The translations under genes were made by a program, and so were the position numbers. From Trichoplax adhaerens (lineage: Eukaryota; Animalia; Placozoa), in assembly GCF_000150275.1 (NCBI RefSeq), contig NW_002060952.1, forward strand, positions 704,482 through 768,481: DNA of 64,000 bases, given 5' to 3'. Shown here one piece after another: positions 1-12,343 of the stretch (position 1 is the first letter of the stretch; each line of letters opens with the position of its first letter). The notes beneath the pieces are model-generated. The model saw nothing but the letters and a program-made list of their open reading frames with translations. It did not search any database and was not told the DNA's origin.

Positions 1-57
1 TTTTCGGCTTGAAAAATTATTCATTTTCTTAGTTTGAACAAGTTGAAGAAGAGAGTC

Positions 58-2275
58 ATGACCAAGCGAAACTATAGGAAGAGAAGAGATTCAAGTGATG
101 ATGATGAGAAAGTGGGCGATGAATCGATAAGGTAAAGCAGATTGGAATGTTGTAAAACGTCATGCAAAACGACAGCAAATATATATTTGCCACGCTTGAG
201 TTACTTTTAAATTATAAGTAATGTTAGTGCATCACCTAGTTTTACTATATTAGTCTACTGTCATGGTGTAGAGCGAGTACGTGTAGTAATATCATTGGAT
301 CTCGTAGTTGATGACCAGTATGGTACAATACGTGAACGTGTAAACCATAACATGATAGAATCAGTTTATGCTTTATTTTTATCCGACAAAATCCAATAGA
401 ACGCGTACACATTAACATTTATAATACCTGTTGATAAAATTATCTTGATGCATAGCTTATACATAGCAATACTAAGGTAACCCTACAGGCAGATTTTACG
501 AATTATTCCTGGCTTATATTGTAACCTTAGTGTCAAGCACTCAAGTCTATAAACTATTGCCTAGTCATTTATGGAAGGTCATGTCTAAATGTGCTTATTT
601 GTTCGACGCTTGTTCAGTGATGTCATTAAGAGGGCCAAAGAACTGCAAAAGTTCCGCGCGAAACCGCGTGGTATTGATAGTAGCGAATTAGATAAAGGGA
701 ACGTTCCAGATGTTGAAGTACCTGAAGATGAGGATCCATTTAAGCTCAAGACTGGCGGATTAATTGATATGGATCACGCGAAGAAGGTATAACGTTATTC
801 GACAATATAATCACTTTAGGCACTCTGGCTGATACCTTACTACAGGGTTATATGAATAGATAATATATCATTATATATGGAATAATTAGTGGTACATTTC
901 TTATAACTACAGCTACAGTATACACCTTTCTACATCTTGGATACAATAATACGTATAATTTTATACAGTATTAAGCTAGGCATGGTTATCACTGAGTATC
1001 ACCGTGCTTACACTAATATGTAATTTATCAGTATCAGCTTAAAGTACTGATAAGAGTTAATGAGATGGTAAATGTATCCATGTAAAGGATAGCGTAGCAA
1101 ATAACTTTTTAACTGATATAGAATTAGACAGTCTACATCATAGCAATTATTGAAGGTTCCCTTTATTCCTAATCTTAGTGCTTAACATCTTGATGTGATA
1201 AATTAATTATATTAGGGTGGCGTCGATGAAATGGGCGATAAAATTTCTCTTGGTAAGAATTTCTCTGCTGAAACGAATACCTTCGACGAAGATGCTGCCA
1301 TGATGAAGTATATTGAAGTTGAGCTGGCGAAAAAGAAGGGAGTTGTATCTCAAGATGATGAGGATTCTAGGTAAATAAATCGTATCATATTCTAGGCTCT
1401 ACTATACGTACATACTTGTCCGTTCAGGTTTATATTACCTATCTATCTCATTGCATGTATGTTAAATTATTTTTAGCCTAATAGTAGCTCAACAATACGC
1501 GTATGTTAAGTAAAAAGGTTTTACTTGAAGATCATGATATATAGTACATGTTTGCACAATTAACGGCTTTACTAATACTAGAAGTGGTAAAGTTCTTGAG
1601 GATAGCTTGTATGAATTACCTGAAAACTTACGTATAACTTCGGCTAAGAAATCGGAAGAAATGTTATCCAATCAGATGCTATCTGGAATACCAGAAATTG
1701 ATTTGGGCATAGATGCAAAGTTAAGAAATATTGAGGCCACAGAAAATGCTAAATTGGAAATGTTGATGAAACGAAGAAGAAAGAAAAATGAGATATCAAG
1801 CATGGTACCAATTAACATAGCCGTAAATTATGTTCAGCATACACGTTGTAAGTTGATGTTACTAAGTTCACTTTAATGATTGCAATAAAATTAACTTTCA
1901 TTATCTAACACAAAACGTTGGCCATTGAGTGCATAATAATGAAAGCTTGTACTGTACAGTAATCGTGAATATTTTTCACGATTGAAACCGCTATGAGCTG
2001 GTGAGTAAAGTTTATGTTATGCTTGCATAGATTTACATGAGACGGAAGATGATAAATCTGCTAATAAGAAAGCACCAGACGGGAAGGCAGACAAAGGTGC
2101 ACTTTTGCCTGTTGTTAGACCGCAAGATGTAGATATTGATGTAGAAGAAGAAGTAATCAGTCGGAAAACTGCTACTAATGATCGCGCGACTACTCAAAAA
2201 AGGCGTCACAACTGGAAGAATACTGCAACTGATGACTATCACTTTGAAAAATTTAGAAAACAAATGAGACGGTAA
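58..2275 (+). CDS. C9orf78: C9orf78/TLS1 (HCA59 family) splicing factor, 5 coding exons: 58-131, 618-786, 1216-1370, 1582-1847, 2031-2275
   Basis: GT-AG exons join in phase. The protein contains family-typical segments FSAETN..DEDAAMMKYIEVEL, EEMLSNQMLSGIPEIDLGIDAKLRNIEATE, VPINIAVNYVQH and a C-terminal ATDDYHFEKFRK. Recognised from memory of the family. Confidence 0.92.
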
Positions 2276-3570
2276 ACTTTCTTAATAGCGATTGCCGCGT
2301 AGGAAAATAAGTCACCCCTATGTTGCTGGGGTTATTGGACTATATTGTATCATTTATTACATGACAACTAAAGTTGTGATCTTCTATCATACGAGACGGC
2401 GATCTGTTGTATTGGAAGGTACAGATCGATATACAGAAACTATTAAAAAAGTTACATCACAAACTAAACAGATCCGAGCTTTACAATCCGTCTTTGATGC
2501 TTTGATCAATTACTAGTAAGATTTCGTATGATATAGCAATATATTATTACATTTGGTTTTAACACTGTCAATGGTTTTTGTAGCAATATGTACGTACGAC
2601 TTTAAATTTAATTTAATACTTTAAAATATTAATTTTACTTCTTTCGTCGTATCAGTGTTGCGAAGGCATTTTAAATTATTATAATGTTAATATTTACTTT
2701 TTTTGTCGTACTATATCGCGAAACTACAGTAGCGATTAAAGTTTTATACGATGGGTCAAATTGTCTAGAACTTAGACTGTACGACGTTCTGTTTAGGAGT
2801 TAGATGATTTTAATTAATTATTTAGATTCGGCATACGAGTCTGCTTGAAATCCTATAATTACGAAACCTTACAAGAGTAAGATGTAACACTGAAATAAAT
2901 AACGAAACATTTCTAGATATCTGTACAGAATTTTTAAGGCGAGTTTTTTTTATCAAAATGAATGATTTATTTGTATGGTTTACTTATAAGAAATTTTAGA
3001 ACAAAGACCTTGCTGCCGTAGCTTATACTAAAATAATTCTATACTTTGTAATGCACATCTATAATTATATGGTTAGAATATATCGTAAAATGAGCAGCAT
3101 AAAATGTCTTTCAGCCTTAATCCGTAACAGACAGGATAGTAGATCGGTACTACCAAGTTTGCAATGATTATGCAAAGTGAAACTGACCGTAAACGAAGTC
3201 AAGGAGAATAAATTTGAGTAATTTTCGTTATAGATAGTATCGATTAAAATTTAGATTCTACAGTATACTAAAAAGTAGCTCACTGAATACCAGACCTATT
3301 AAGAAAACAACGCTGTATACTAAGTACACACGCAGAAGTAGTAAAACTGATAAAAAAAGTGCTAAATATTCATCAGATGACTTTAACAATATTTTGCATA
3401 AAATGGTAACATGCTATAAAAACCTTTGCAATTATTTTACATATGTAAACGTGTAACTGTCATATTGACAGGATTTCATCTGATTTTGAAGATTATCGAC
3501 CATTTCGAAATGAAATGGTATAAGATTAAGTAGAAGCTAAACCAATTATATTATATTCATGATTGGTAAA

Positions 3571-6500
3571 TTATATGTTACGAAATGTTACATCAGGTTG
3601 AACATCTTGCAAATTGTGCGAGAAGACAGAATCATTACTGTTCACTTCCAATTCTCCTTCAAACATTTTTTGCAGTGTTATTTCAACGTTTTTTCTTTTG
3701 TTTAATTTAATTCGTAGACGAATCTTTGCTTTATCAGCGGCTTCTTTAACTATTGCGTCATTGGTGTTGGTATTATTTAATTCTGCATCAGTTTCATTAA
3801 TAAGTTGATCAGGGCTATCAGCGGCATCGTCATTTTTCTGCCTAATTTCTTCTTTTAATGGATTACTAATGATAGTAAAAGCATCGATACGCGAAAGTAA
3901 AGATTTTTAATCAGTAATTGGAATACAATCTTTTGACACAAACAATAGTTCTACTAAAATCGATAATTATATTATAATGTAATGCTTTGCATACTTTACC
4001 TTAAAACGCCTAATCCTAGATTTTCGATCTTATTTTCTAGCACATTTTCAAACTTTCCTCGGTTTAGATTAAACTCGATCATAAATGCGTCAATCACAAA
4101 TGCCACAAAGATACTACAAATGGAGGAATAAAATGATGATGTTATTAATTAAGAATATTATAACCGCGACAAATATAGAGCTAAACTAGTTGACTATAAC
4201 CTAGTCTGCAGTATAAACATGAATTATTATTATAGCACAGTTCTTACTTGACAATGATTAAGATAATGATCATGTGAAACGAAATAAAGAATAATCTGGC
4301 AGCTTTGCTAGTTACAAGCACAAAGCCGGATGTCAGAATTATGATTAATTAAGGAATTAAACTAATTTCTAGCTAAAGTTTATATATTAAAATTATTGAG
4401 CCTGAGTAATAGGAAATGAAGTCTATTTATGTTTAGAAAGGATATCATGCCATTGATTGACAATTGTTAACTCAATCAGCAGTACAAAAGATTTGAGGAG
4501 ATTGTTGAAATTATTGCCGCAATAGCGATCGGCATAGAACCCTGAACCTTTCAACTTGATGTTACCACAAAATAATAGAGTCTGGTTGAAAGGTTGGCTG
4601 CCATTTGGGTAGCCATAATAACGTATTAAGCCAGAAAATAGCTCCATTCCAAGGATTGCGTATACGTAGTAAAATATCTACGTTGATTGAATGAAATAAA
4701 CTGAGAAATTCTAAACTTTCATGGTACACATTTCACAGTACAAAAAACTTATACATCCATAAATTAGTACAGTACTGTACAATACAACTTTATCAAGTGA
4801 TACAGTAATACCAGTAAATTGCTAGATAAGGCTATGGAACAGTAAAGTTGTTTGCTATAGCATTAGGTAGCGAAGAGGTTTATAACGTAGTAATTAAAGA
4901 TGTTATTGATACAGGTTCCTTACTAATAATATTCCACCATAGGTTGCAAAGGTCGGTAAAATTTGCGATACAGTCCGTACAATTACTTGAAATCTGTATA
5001 GTGTTGATTGAATATAATGAAATAGTTTGTAACTTTTTTTTGTGATTTTTCTATGGATACAGCCGACTGAAATATTATACGATTAAGGAATCAAAAATGA
5101 TTCCGAAGTTACCTGTTAATGTCGCCGATTAGCTTAATTATTCGCAATACTCGCAACACCATTACAAAATCAAGCAACGCCCTCGTATGCGCCCCTATAC
5201 GGATTGGTAATAGTCAACATGACGCTCAAAATATAGCAAATGTTTTATTTGGTAGTCAATTCTAGCTTATAAGAGGTCAAATAAGGCAATCTTAAATCTA
5301 TAAATCTTTCAAAAGCTAGCTTACATCCATTTTGACTTGACTCGATAATAGTCATTATAGTTGCACTCACGATAACCAAGAAATCGAATCTAAACGTCAT
5401 CAGAATAAAATATATCATGTAGAGTTGGTTAAACGGTTATGCATATGCATATACGTTCATTCGTAAGGAACATTTATCATTTGTTAAGATTCAAGGTTTA
5501 TATTAACAAATTCAATTTATGATACATACGAATTCCAAAATATTCTTGCAAATTCTTTAACTCCAAGTGTGTATAATTTTAGAATAATTTCGATGTTAAA
5601 CAAGGTTAGGAAGAAAATCTCGGCAGCATCGATACCAATTCCGATCATAACGGCATTAACAAGAATAGAAAAATCGAAAAAATATCGAAAAAATCTAATG
5701 GATCAAAAATATGAAAGGTGTTAACCGCCATTTCCAATTGATAAAGATTTACTGATTTTTAATCAGAGTTTCGAGGGTAAGGTAACACTACTTACTTGTG
5801 GAGAACAATCTTTCTAAGTATAACACTATATTTGGAACCGTAAAATCGAGGAAAATGTCGTTGTAGATAGTGAACTTGATCTTTAACTTCCAAGATTTCT
5901 ACATTCAGTAGTTCGGCGACTTGTAAAAAGTGGTCTAAACCTATGTAATAATTATAAGAAGTATTTATAATTTACAGTTCTTTAACAAGGTATTATGCAA
6001 CTGAGGTTAATTAACCTAAAATGGCACAGATTATAGTTTACATATGTTATGCAAGATTTATTTCCATAGCTTTTTATTTGAAAATTATGCAATGATAGTA
6101 AAGAGTATTTAACTGTAATAGTATTCTTAATTATTTAGGTACCAATATAGCCTTTATCATCCTTGTCTAATATTTCCCACAGCAAATGAATTTGAGTATC
6201 GCCACGAAATTTAGACCCATGTAGGCTATTCATTCGGAGAAGTAGCTGACACCATGCTTCGCGTGTTACGTACACATCGTGATGATTAGTCCATGCTCCG
6301 AGTACATTGTAAGCATTTTTCAACAATTTACGTCTAATAAATACCGATTTGGCGATATCTTCCTACGGTAGTAGGTAAATTTAGTAGAAAAAGGTCTTTT
6401 AATTGAAGAGGAAAAGTGTGAATTTATCATGTTATACGTTTTAAGTTAAAGGTATTAGATAGTGCATTTTAGGTATCATCTATGTAAGAATATTGAATGT

Positions 6501-9500
6501 AAAGAAAGTTATTAAGAAACTTACCCGTAGCTGAGATCGATAATTCTGATAAACTACCGCTAGTAAGATGTTATTTAGTATGAAATAACATACAATCATG
6601 AAACTGATGAAAAATAAAGCGAACCAGTTGTCAAGATCGTACGCGGGCATCCTAAACATAAGTAACATATATTAGAAAATAGGAATACTTTTCTTGATCG
6701 ATAGTAACGATTATGTCATCTCCAAATTGTATTTCTGAACGCCTGTCAGATACACTATGATAATGTAATTACATGACATCTGGATCATTTGCTGTTGTTA
6801 ATAGGACATATAATCGCCAGAAGCTATCATCAAGCCTGGTAAAGTAAGGAGTGCCATTTGGATTGTAAAGATTTCTGTTGATATGCAAGTTTGAAGAATT
6901 AGACCGTGACTGATATGATCATAGTATATTCAAAGTCAACAAACCTTGATTGGAATAATTTTAGGGCTAGCAAGGCAAACATTGCAATACAAAGTAATAA
7001 TAATAAAATAACGCTAGCTGATTTTGGTATAGTGCGTCGGATATTGCGTAAGCCGCGACGAATCTAAAAATGATAACAATTCTTGCTTATAATTGTAGAG
7101 CGATTAATAATTATAGTAGAGTTGTTATAACATGGCATAGCTGAAAGATCAAGAACAAACCTGACGGTTTTCTGCGAAATTAACGATAAACATTGGACGA
7201 AGGATTCGCGATACTCGTAGCGCATGTTGCTGATTTCCACTGGCAGTCATGGCAATATAGACAATCATGTCGATTACAGTAACCTTATAGGCATAGTTAT
7301 ATGAAAGAAGGGTGAATGAAGAGTGATTTATGAATTCTTGGAAAGACTAACTTTATAATTAGGCTTCAACTACAATAGTTAGGGTAGGTTATACTTTCAA
7401 TTAGTGCAAAACTGTCTTAATGGCAATGTATTCTGTTGATCAAGTAAATCGTATCATTACCAAGAGAGTGGCTATAATGAGTATACTCTTGGAATCCTTC
7501 CAAAATTTTTCTGCGCTAGGCACGAATTGACGATTATGCAATAGTCTTAACAAGAAGAATACCAAGCAATATAGTTCCATCACCATTGTCGCCTGTGGTA
7601 AAATAAAACACCTTAATCGATATGCTATCACTTAATTTACATGATAATTACCCTACTACTAGGAATAGCACCTAATAATGCAATCTCATAATAAGAGATG
7701 ATGATATCCTGTAGCATAACTGATTGTGGCAACATGATACAGCTTGCCCAATTAGCAAGATTCTTTAAAAACTTTTAGTATTATATAGTATCGATCAGTG
7801 TCCTGTATTTAACGAAAAACTTTGCCATTTAAAATTCTGACAAAATAACTATCTAGCATTCATCAATGTTGTATGCAAATTAATTTACGTATACGGTATT
7901 TTTTGACTGAAATTTTTTAGTACTCGTATCCAAATACTGTACAAGTCCATCAGAAATGCGACATATCGTATCGTAAAATATAATAAGCGTAAAATAATCG
8001 ATTAAACAAATCATTCGCTAAACTGTTTACTTTACAATCATATAACTTTGAAGTAACGATAGCCTGTACACTGGCATAATCAAGTAATTACTATTCTTAA
8101 TATCATCAGGCACGATAACCCTTACGTAATAAACGATCTATAATACGTAGCAGTATCGTCCTAATTAGTAATAGATTTAGTTGCGAATTTCATTTTAAGC
8201 AATACATCCATTAGCTATCATAATAATGGCAGTAAGAGTTATCATTATAAATGACTTGTTATAATTTAATCTTACCCAGACAGGAAGCTCAAGACCAGGT
8301 ACGGCGGGTCTTTCAAACAGTGCCAATGCAAAGTTGAGTGTAATGGTAAGATATAGCAAAAATCTCATAAGTGGATGAAAATACAATTGATATTGCCTAG
8401 AAAGATGAAAATGTTTGCGGTTACGGCTAAAAAAGATGTAAGAATAGAGCCCACTATCCTATTTCATTCATGACAATGATGTTAGTGTAAAGTGTAGAAC
8501 AATAATATGAATTTGTTTATAAAACCAAAGATGTCGGCTGATACCGCTGATTGCATCGAATGAATTGTAGTTCTCTTTGAAGTGGAGTATTTTATGGTAA
8601 CCGATGGCCGATACATGAAACCGCTTAAACAGTTGTAAAAGCTAGGAAAAGATGACAGTATATGGCTATTCTGTCATTTTCATGTACAGTAGTCATAGGT
8701 TGTAGTGATAGTATCGAGATGGATAGAAAAAGTCTAGATGATTGACCGTTTTAAAATTATATATTGCATCCAAGCGAAGAATCCTAGTAAACATAAGGGA
8801 TTGTAGAATAATGAAAATGTTCCTAATTTCTCTAGTGATCAAGACTCGATAGTTAAATGGCCTACTGTATTTTAAGAATAGAGGAATAATCGATTATACT
8901 GCATTCATGAATTCTAAATGAAAGTAATATTTATGGATAAGCTTCCAATCCTTTAGACAGCAAGGATTAAATGGATTGATATTTGAGTACCTCATTATCA
9001 GCAGTAAAGTAACCAACGTCGTTTCTGGTAAGATAGTTAAAAGTAGTGTTATGTATGCAAGAATACAGTAATCTGTTGTACAGCACCTTAACGTGTTAAA
9101 TGCAGTAAATCCTAAATAAAAGAGACTTTCAGTAAGCTTACTAGGAGGAGTGTATCAAAGTTCCTCGTGCTAACGTTAACGACTAAGAGTGGAAACATAA
9201 CGAGTAGCACCTGGTTATGTAATGATCCAGTTTTCCACTGGACCGCTCTATATAATGTTCGTAAACAATCATCAAGTTGACTATTAAAGTTTGAAGGTGT
9301 AAAACTAACTCGATCGACCGTGTGATTATGTTAATCGGTTCGACATCTACGCTTTAGTTTAGTTAAGTTAGCCAAAGTTCCATATCCATCATAGAAAATG
9401 GGCGGACTGCAGTGATCACTTTAATATCGGATTCGTGGGTTTTCAATTAATAGTTCCTACCAACTAAAAGGAATTCTACTTTAGATCAAGGGTGATCACC

Positions 9501-11465
9501 GTAGCGTGGTAACATGTAGAAATGGATCAATGACTGTGGAACAGAAATTCTCTTTGCTCCATCACTAGCGTCAAGGCGTTCAGTATTTAATATTCTTAAA
9601 TAAAGTTAAAATGTATTTCAGCAATTCTCTTCCTCCATCACTAGTGTCAAGGCGTTCAGTATTTGATGTTCTTAACTAAAGTTAAAATGTATTTCAGAAA
9701 TTCTCTTCCTCCATCGCTAGTGTTAAGGCATTCAGTATTTGATGTTCTTAATTAAAGTTAAAATGTACTGTATTTCAGAAATTCTCTTCCTCCATCACTA
9801 GTGTCAAGGCGTTCAGTATAGGATGTTCTTAAATAAAGTTGAAATGTATTTCAGAAATTCTCTTCCTCCGTCACTAGCGTCAAGGCGTTAAGCACCTGAT
9901 GTTCTTAACTAAAGTGAACATATTGCACACTGGGCAAGGAGGTGAGGATGGCGAAAGCTACGATCCTCGTAGTTGTGATGTGCGGAATGAAATCATATTA
10001 ATGATGTAACAAATGCGCCGTAGTTTAGTAAGAATGAAATTGGGCACCGTGGCATTGACATTAAATTTCCAAGGAACTATAAGGATTAACATTAATCTTC
10101 ACTAAAATTGTCCTCATGTAGGTATCGCCAGTAAGAGAATAATGCTACAAAATCATTATGGGTGTCAATAGGGTAGTGATGTAGGAGAAGGGGGAAATTT
10201 TTGTCGGAGGATTATTGTAAACTTGGTGTAGAAAGTAAGAATACGTGGACACTTTGGCATAGCGTTGATGTGGCAGAAAAAATGGAAATATAACTTTTTC
10301 TATAGACTACTACTGCTGCATATGGAGGTTATAATAATAATGATAATAATAAGAGGGGGAAAAAAATTGAATTCTCATCCTTTATGTTGTCGCTATTACT
10401 TGAGAGCTTGCATCTTTTTCATTACAGCGCCTTTTCTGCCACGGCGAGCATCTTCGACCATGATTGCAGCGTATAAGAGATCCTTTAAGAACGATAGAAA
10501 CGATGACACGGTCAAGTTATTTTTAAAGTCAATATTCCATCAATTTATCGTCAGTAGAAGATGATATTTATTTTTATAACGAATGAATGGAGTAAAAGTT
10601 TTATTTAACTGTACATCAATCGTTATCGTACGATATTGCTACATGTAAAGACTAATGTAGTCGATTGCGAATTTGTATTTTACTTGAACTGATGATCCAA
10701 AGTGAGCGGATACAGTAGGAAAGAGAGTGTAACAAAAATTTCTTCCCCACTGTTAAGGGTACATCATTTCTATCATTTGCAAGGAGAAAGAGAGATAAAT
10801 GATCGATTTCAATGGATCGATTGGTCAGTTATCCTTGCTGTATGACGATAAATGATATCGATATTACTAGTGACGGTCAATGGCGGTAGTTGGGATCGTC
10901 TACAGTATCTTTCTCGCCCATTGCAAGAAGGCTAAAAAAGGGCGCTCTGAATTAGTGTTGGGTTGAAATAACAACACTCTCCTGGTAAGGTATCTTCTAG
11001 GATGTGCTATGACTATTTATGCTGACAATGTGTCATCATCATGTATACCGTGTCGTTGATATAGTTTTCCTCGTTTCCGTTTTGATTGATATTAGCTTGC
11101 GAACTATCCTCGTTATGATTACTTTCAGGCTTGGCTGCAGACTCTTTTGCATCATGGTGATGATCGTCACCAGTCGGTGGATGGATCGATTGATCCTGTT
11201 GATTGGCGTTTTGTAGTGTTTGATTGTTGGCTGTTTTCTCCTCTTTTTCTTCCATCTTGAGATGTTCAAGATTGGTTTGGCTTGATAATTTTGTAATATC
11301 ATCATTCTCCTGTTGGCTGCCATTATTATCATTCTCCTGCTGGCTGCCATCATTCTCATTCTCCTGTTGGCTGCCATTCTTCTCATTCTTCTGCTGGCTG
11401 CCATCATCATCACTCATTGCAATTTGGAATAAATCCACCTGCGATGAATTCTCAGCTGTATCCAT
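3571..11465 (-). CDS. TPCN3: Two-pore channel, TPC3-like; 18 exons: 11465-11049, 10482-10400, 8396-8276, 7592-7461, 7283-7161, 7063-6945, 6874-6773, 6651-6525, 6362-6143, 5940-5796, 5694-5530, 5389-5325, 5194-5113, 4993-4924, 4677-4446, 4338-4248, 4113-4000, 3865-3571
   Basis: Two 6-TM domains: ALFERPA, S4-I LRVSRILRP, linker RQIRRGLRNIRRT, pore-I LYVLLTTANDPDVMMPAY, S4-II VLRVLRIIK, pore-II ELTIVNQWH and C-terminal VEITLQKMFEGEL. Exon phases are consistent. The VNQW filter favours the TPC3 clade. The acidic first exon is the least certain. Confidence 0.9.
4339..4445 (-). other. U12-type (minor spliceosome) intron with AT-AA termini in the TPC gene
   Basis: On the minus strand the 5' end is ATATCCTTTC (U12 consensus RTATCCTTT). 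The branch site TTCCTTAAT lies at 4356-4348 and the 3' end is ...AATCATAA|TT CTG ACA. This junction restores QWH-V-LTSGF, while the nearest AG and AC acceptors give stops or frameshifts. Confidence 0.85.
9543..9915. repeat. Tandem repeat, 76-bp unit x ~5, in TPC intron 2
   Basis: Unit agaaattctcttcctccatcactagtgtcaaggcgttcagtatttgatgttcttaactaaagttaaaatgtatttc starts at 9543, 9620, 9696, 9777 and 9853. Copy 3 carries a 5-bp insertion. Confidence 0.95.
11300..11405 (-). repeat. Coding 27-bp tandem repeat (GSQQ(K/E)N(E/D)xx x4) in TPC exon 1
   Basis: ORF 11013..11465 reads DGSQQKNEK NGSQQENEN DGSQQENDN NGSQQENDD. Confidence 0.9.
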
Positions 11466-11601
11466 TTCGTCTACAACAACTTCTTGTCATGCAAAAGTAA
11501 CAACAACGAGTGATGTTTCCTTGCTTTAATTAATTGACTCGGTTCATTAAGGTTAATTAAGTTGATCAATGCGGTGGGATGGGATCATGTGGTACCGGTT
11601 C

Positions 11602-11655
11602 TACAGTACTGTACTGTACAGGATAAATAACATTTGTGTACAGTACAGTACTGTA
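11602..11655. mobile_element. Cluster of putative Tc1/mariner excision footprints upstream of the TPC start
   Basis: TACAGTACTGTACTGTA at 11602-11618 and TACAGTACAGTACTGTA at 11639-11655 are chained TA-CAG/CTG-TA units in mixed orientation. The transposon origin is inference. Confidence 0.55.
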
Positions 11656-12343
11656 GTCGGGCCCGCAAGGCGCGGCTATTGGGGTGGTGCCGCCAGGCGT
11701 GATGCTACACCGATCCATACGATTACTATCAAAGCTTGCACACCATAACATGGTATTATTTCTACCCTACCATGGATGCTATGCTCTTCATCATTCCTCT
11801 TGACTCAGGATTGCTGTAGTGGGTGTTATTGCTGATGCTGATAAAACGGAATTTTACACAGTTTGCAACGCCTTCCAACTTGATTTAATGTAAAGCATGA
11901 TTCTCCGAGAAAAAGGAATGCTTTTAAGCTATTAATGGGAAGCTAGTCCACGGCATAGAAATGAATGCAAAAAGCCGGTGGGGGGGGGGGGATGCTCGTC
12001 TGCTCTAGCGCTTACTGTATACTGTATGATGTAGTCGTTGAAAGCCTATAGAGTTGATGGACCATCACTTGCAGTGGTCTTGCCGTCTATTCGTGACAGA
12101 CGGAGAGAGAGAGAGAGAGAGTGCAACAATAGAGGTTTTCCCTTCAATAGGTGCTCCACTGCTGATTGGCTTCAGTCACAATAGTGCTAACGTCGTGTCT
12201 CCACGACGTCAGCAGCGCTATCGACGGTACATCGGTACTTACCCTAGGGGGTGGGTTCCATTGATTTCTCAGACTTCATACTGGAGTAATCGATTGTAGT
12301 GGATATGTCGACAGCCCCCCTATCGACCGTACATCCAGGTTGA

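Noticed and set aside
11019-11529. Overlapping ORFs 11039..11413(-), 11019..11216(+) and 11224..11529(+)
   Set aside because: Alternative-frame and antisense shadows of the repetitive TPC exon 1.
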